This document shows, one piece after another, positions 38,565 to 40,876 of a DNA stretch of 40,876 bases (within the stretch, counting starts at the first letter, position 1; each line of letters begins with the position of its first letter). The DNA comes from Chloroflexota bacterium (GTDB lineage Bacteria > Chloroflexota > Dormibacteria > CF-121), in NCBI GenBank assembly GCA_005889225.1, contig VBEW01000079.1:1-40876 (forward strand), written 5' to 3'. A program made the position numbers and the translations under genes. Under the pieces are notes generated by a model. The model was not told the DNA's origin and searched no databases. It saw only the letters and a list, made by a program, of their open reading frames with translations.

Positions 38565-39634
38565 TGGCCCGCCATGTCGTGGTCCTGGCGGGCGGGAGCG
38601 GCACCCGGCTGTGGCCACGCTCGCGCGAGAAGTCGCCCAAGCACCTGCTGGCCTTGCATGGCCGGCAATCGCTGCTGCAGTCGACCGTCGAGCGGGTGCG
38701 CCGACTGACCGAGAACGTCTATGTGGTCACCGAGCGGTCGCAGGTGGAGAGCATCCGAAAGCAGCTACCCCAGCTGGCCGAGACCCAGCTCATCATCGAG
38801 CCGGCGCGGCGCGGCACGGCGTCCGCGCTGGGGCTCGCCGCGACGGTGATCGCGGAGCGCGACCCGCAGGCCACCATGCTCTCCGTCCATGCGGATCACT
38901 ATCTCGGCCACGATGAGGACGCCTACCTGGCGACACTCGACACCGAGGCCCGCTGGGCCGAATCCAGGCGCGCCCTGGTCACGGTTGGCCTGCGTCCGCC
39001 CTACGCATCGACCGCGTTCGGCTACATCCAGGTCGGTCCGCCGCTGGATGGCGTTACCGCACCGGCGGTGTATCGGGTGGTGCGTTTTGTGGAAAAGCCT
39101 GATCTCAAAACCGCCGAAGGCTTTTTAGTATCGGGCTCCTATCTGTGGAACCTGGGACTCTTCAGCTGGCCGGTCGACGTGCTGTTCACCGAGATCGCCA
39201 GCCACGCGCCCGCGCTCCACGAGGGTCTGGAGCGGGTGAGGCAATCGCGCCGGGCCGGACGCCCCGATGAGGCGGACGCCGCCTACACCGCCCTGCCAAC
39301 ACAGGCCATCGACTACGCCGTGCTGGAGCGAACCAGCAACCTGCTCGTCGTCGGCGCGACCTTCGAGTGGCACGATCTCGGATCCTGGGCCGACCTGCAC
39401 GACATCCTGGAACAGGACGAGGCGGGGAACTTCGTCGAGGGTGAGTCGGTGCTCATCGACTCCAAGAACTGCATGATCCACTCTCCGAACAAGCTGGTGG
39501 CCGCCGTGGGGCTGGAGGACATGGTCGTGATCGAGACCGACGACGCCATCCTGATCTGCCCGAAAGCCCGGTCCCAGGATGTCAAGTTGATCGTCGATCG
39601 CCTCAAGCAGATGGGCAAGACGCAATACCTGTGA
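38564..39634 (+). CDS. manC: Mannose-1-phosphate guanylyltransferase
   Basis: LAGGSGTRLWPRSR, PK, EP..RGTA, ADH, FVEKP, IDYAVLE, WHDLGSW. Confidence 0.95.
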   Translation: MARHVVVLAGGSGTRLWPRSREKSPKHLLALHGRQSLLQSTVERVRRLTENVYVVTERSQVESIRKQLPQLAETQLIIEPARRGTASALGLAATVIAERDPQATMLSVHADHYLGHDEDAYLATLDTEARWAESRRALVTVGLRPPYASTAFGYIQVGPPLDGVTAPAVYRVVRFVEKPDLKTAEGFLVSGSYLWNLGLFSWPVDVLFTEIASHAPALHEGLERVRQSRRAGRPDEADAAYTALPTQAIDYAVLERTSNLLVVGATFEWHDLGSWADLHDILEQDEAGNFVEGESVLIDSKNCMIHSPNKLVAAVGLEDMVVIETDDAILICPKARSQDVKLIVDRLKQMGKTQYL

Positions 39635-39653
39635 CCGTCATTAGACTGTGGCC

Positions 39654-40682
39654 GTGACCAAGCGGGCGCTGATCACCGGCATCACCGGCCAGGATGGCTC
39701 CTATCTCGCCGAGCTGCTGCTGGCCAAGGGCTACGAGGTTCACGGCGTCGTGCGCCGCGCGTCGACCATGAACCGCAGCCGGATCGATCACCTCGAGCAC
39801 GGGTCGCCCGGCGACCAGGACGCGGCGCGCCTGGTGCTCCACTACGGGGACATGACCGACTCCGGCGGACTCAACCGGCTGGTGATGACCGCCGAGCCGG
39901 ACGAGATCTACAACCTGGCCGCCCAGAGCCACGTTCACATCTCCTTCGACCAGCCGGAGTACACCGGAAACACGGATGGGCTGGGCACGACCCGGCTGCT
40001 GGAAGCGATTCGGTCAACCCGGCTGCCCACCCGCTTCTATCAGGCCTCGACCTCGGAGATGTTCGGGTTGACGCCCCCGCCGCAGAACGAGCTCAGCCCG
40101 TTTCATCCGCGCAGCCCGTACGCCGTGGCGAAGCTGTATGCGCACTGGATGACGATCAACTACCGCGAGGCGCACGGCCTGTTTGCCTGCAGCGGGATCC
40201 TGTTCAACCACGAATCGCCCCGGCGTGGCGAGAACTTCGTCACTCGGAAGGTGACCCGCGGGGTGGCCGCCATCCTCGCGGGGCGCGCGACCAAACTGCG
40301 GCTGGGGAACCTCGACGCCAGGCGGGATTGGGGACATGCCCGGGACTACGTCGAGGCCATGTGGCTGATGCTGCAGCAGCCAACGCCCGACGATTACGTC
40401 ATCGCCACCGGCGCGCAGCGAAGCATCCGCCAGCTCGCCGAGCTCGCCTTTGGCCTGGCTGGACTCGACTGGGAAAAATATGTCGAGGTCGATCGGGCGT
40501 ACTTGCGGCCGGCCGAAGTGCCCGACTTGTGCGGCGATCCCGCCAAGGCCCGCAACAAGCTGGGGTGGCGGCCCAAGATCGCGTTCGCGGACATGATCCG
40601 CGAGATGCTGGAATCGGACCTCACGGCGCTCGGGGTTCGACCGGCCGATGTGCTGCGCACTCCCTCGGCGAAGGCCAGCTGA
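39654..40682 (+). CDS. gmd: GDP-mannose 4,6-dehydratase
   Basis: [45 protein letters not shown]. Confidence 0.97.
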   Translation: MTKRALITGITGQDGSYLAELLLAKGYEVHGVVRRASTMNRSRIDHLEHGSPGDQDAARLVLHYGDMTDSGGLNRLVMTAEPDEIYNLAAQSHVHISFDQPEYTGNTDGLGTTRLLEAIRSTRLPTRFYQASTSEMFGLTPPPQNELSPFHPRSPYAVAKLYAHWMTINYREAHGLFACSGILFNHESPRRGENFVTRKVTRGVAAILAGRATKLRLGNLDARRDWGHARDYVEAMWLMLQQPTPDDYVIATGAQRSIRQLAELAFGLAGLDWEKYVEVDRAYLRPAEVPDLCGDPAKARNKLGWRPKIAFADMIREMLESDLTALGVRPADVLRTPSAKAS

Positions 40683-40751
40683 CGCCACCGTCCACCGATC
40701 GACCGGCGCCCTGACCGCTAGGATTAATCACGACCGTGGAGAACGCATAAG

Positions 40752-40876
40752 TTGAGCCTCGAGATCAAGTTCGGGACGGACGGCTGGCGGGGCATCATCG
40801 CCGACGACTTCACCTATGAGTCGGTTCGGGTCGCCACCCAGGGGATTGCCCAGTACCTCATCACCCGGTCGCAGCC
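40752..40876 (+). CDS. Phosphoglucomutase/phosphomannomutase family protein (5' fragment)
   Basis: TTG start after SD GGAG: [21 protein letters not shown]..., runs off the window. Confidence 0.9.
   Translation, partial: MSLEIKFGTDGWRGIIADDFTYESVRVATQGIAQYLITRSQ

Overview
A gene-dense, high-GC bacterial chromosomal window with no mobile element, CRISPR array or rRNA. The gene set and promoter style suggest a Terrabacteria-type organism; Chloroflexota/Dormibacterota-like is only a guess. In order, it holds: an LCP ligase; a meaB-icmA-[29-aa membrane ORF]-icmB-MBL hydrolase operon whose mutase has isobutyryl-CoA-mutase (F80/Q198) rather than methylmalonyl-CoA-mutase residues; an L,D-transpeptidase, rplY, mscS, MFS, VOC and rarA; a decayed SRPBCC pseudogene; a sarcosine-oxidase-like and BHMT-like pair beside an osmoprotectant ABC transporter; two paralogous small membrane proteins; ku; tRNA-Pro(CGG) and tRNA-Arg(CCT); a Upf1-like SF1 helicase; GT2, GT87, trpS and a flippase; and an apt-pfkB-ahcY-metK-rmd-manC-gmd-manB run. 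The most striking cross-window signal is in translation initiation. About 11 genes look leaderless (TANNNT 6-7 nt before the start). At least four genes appear to start at non-canonical codons: CTG for rplY, ACG for rmd, and ATA in ATAG/ATAA stop-start overlaps for the MFS and GT87 genes. All calls come from reading motifs by eye; no database searches were run.
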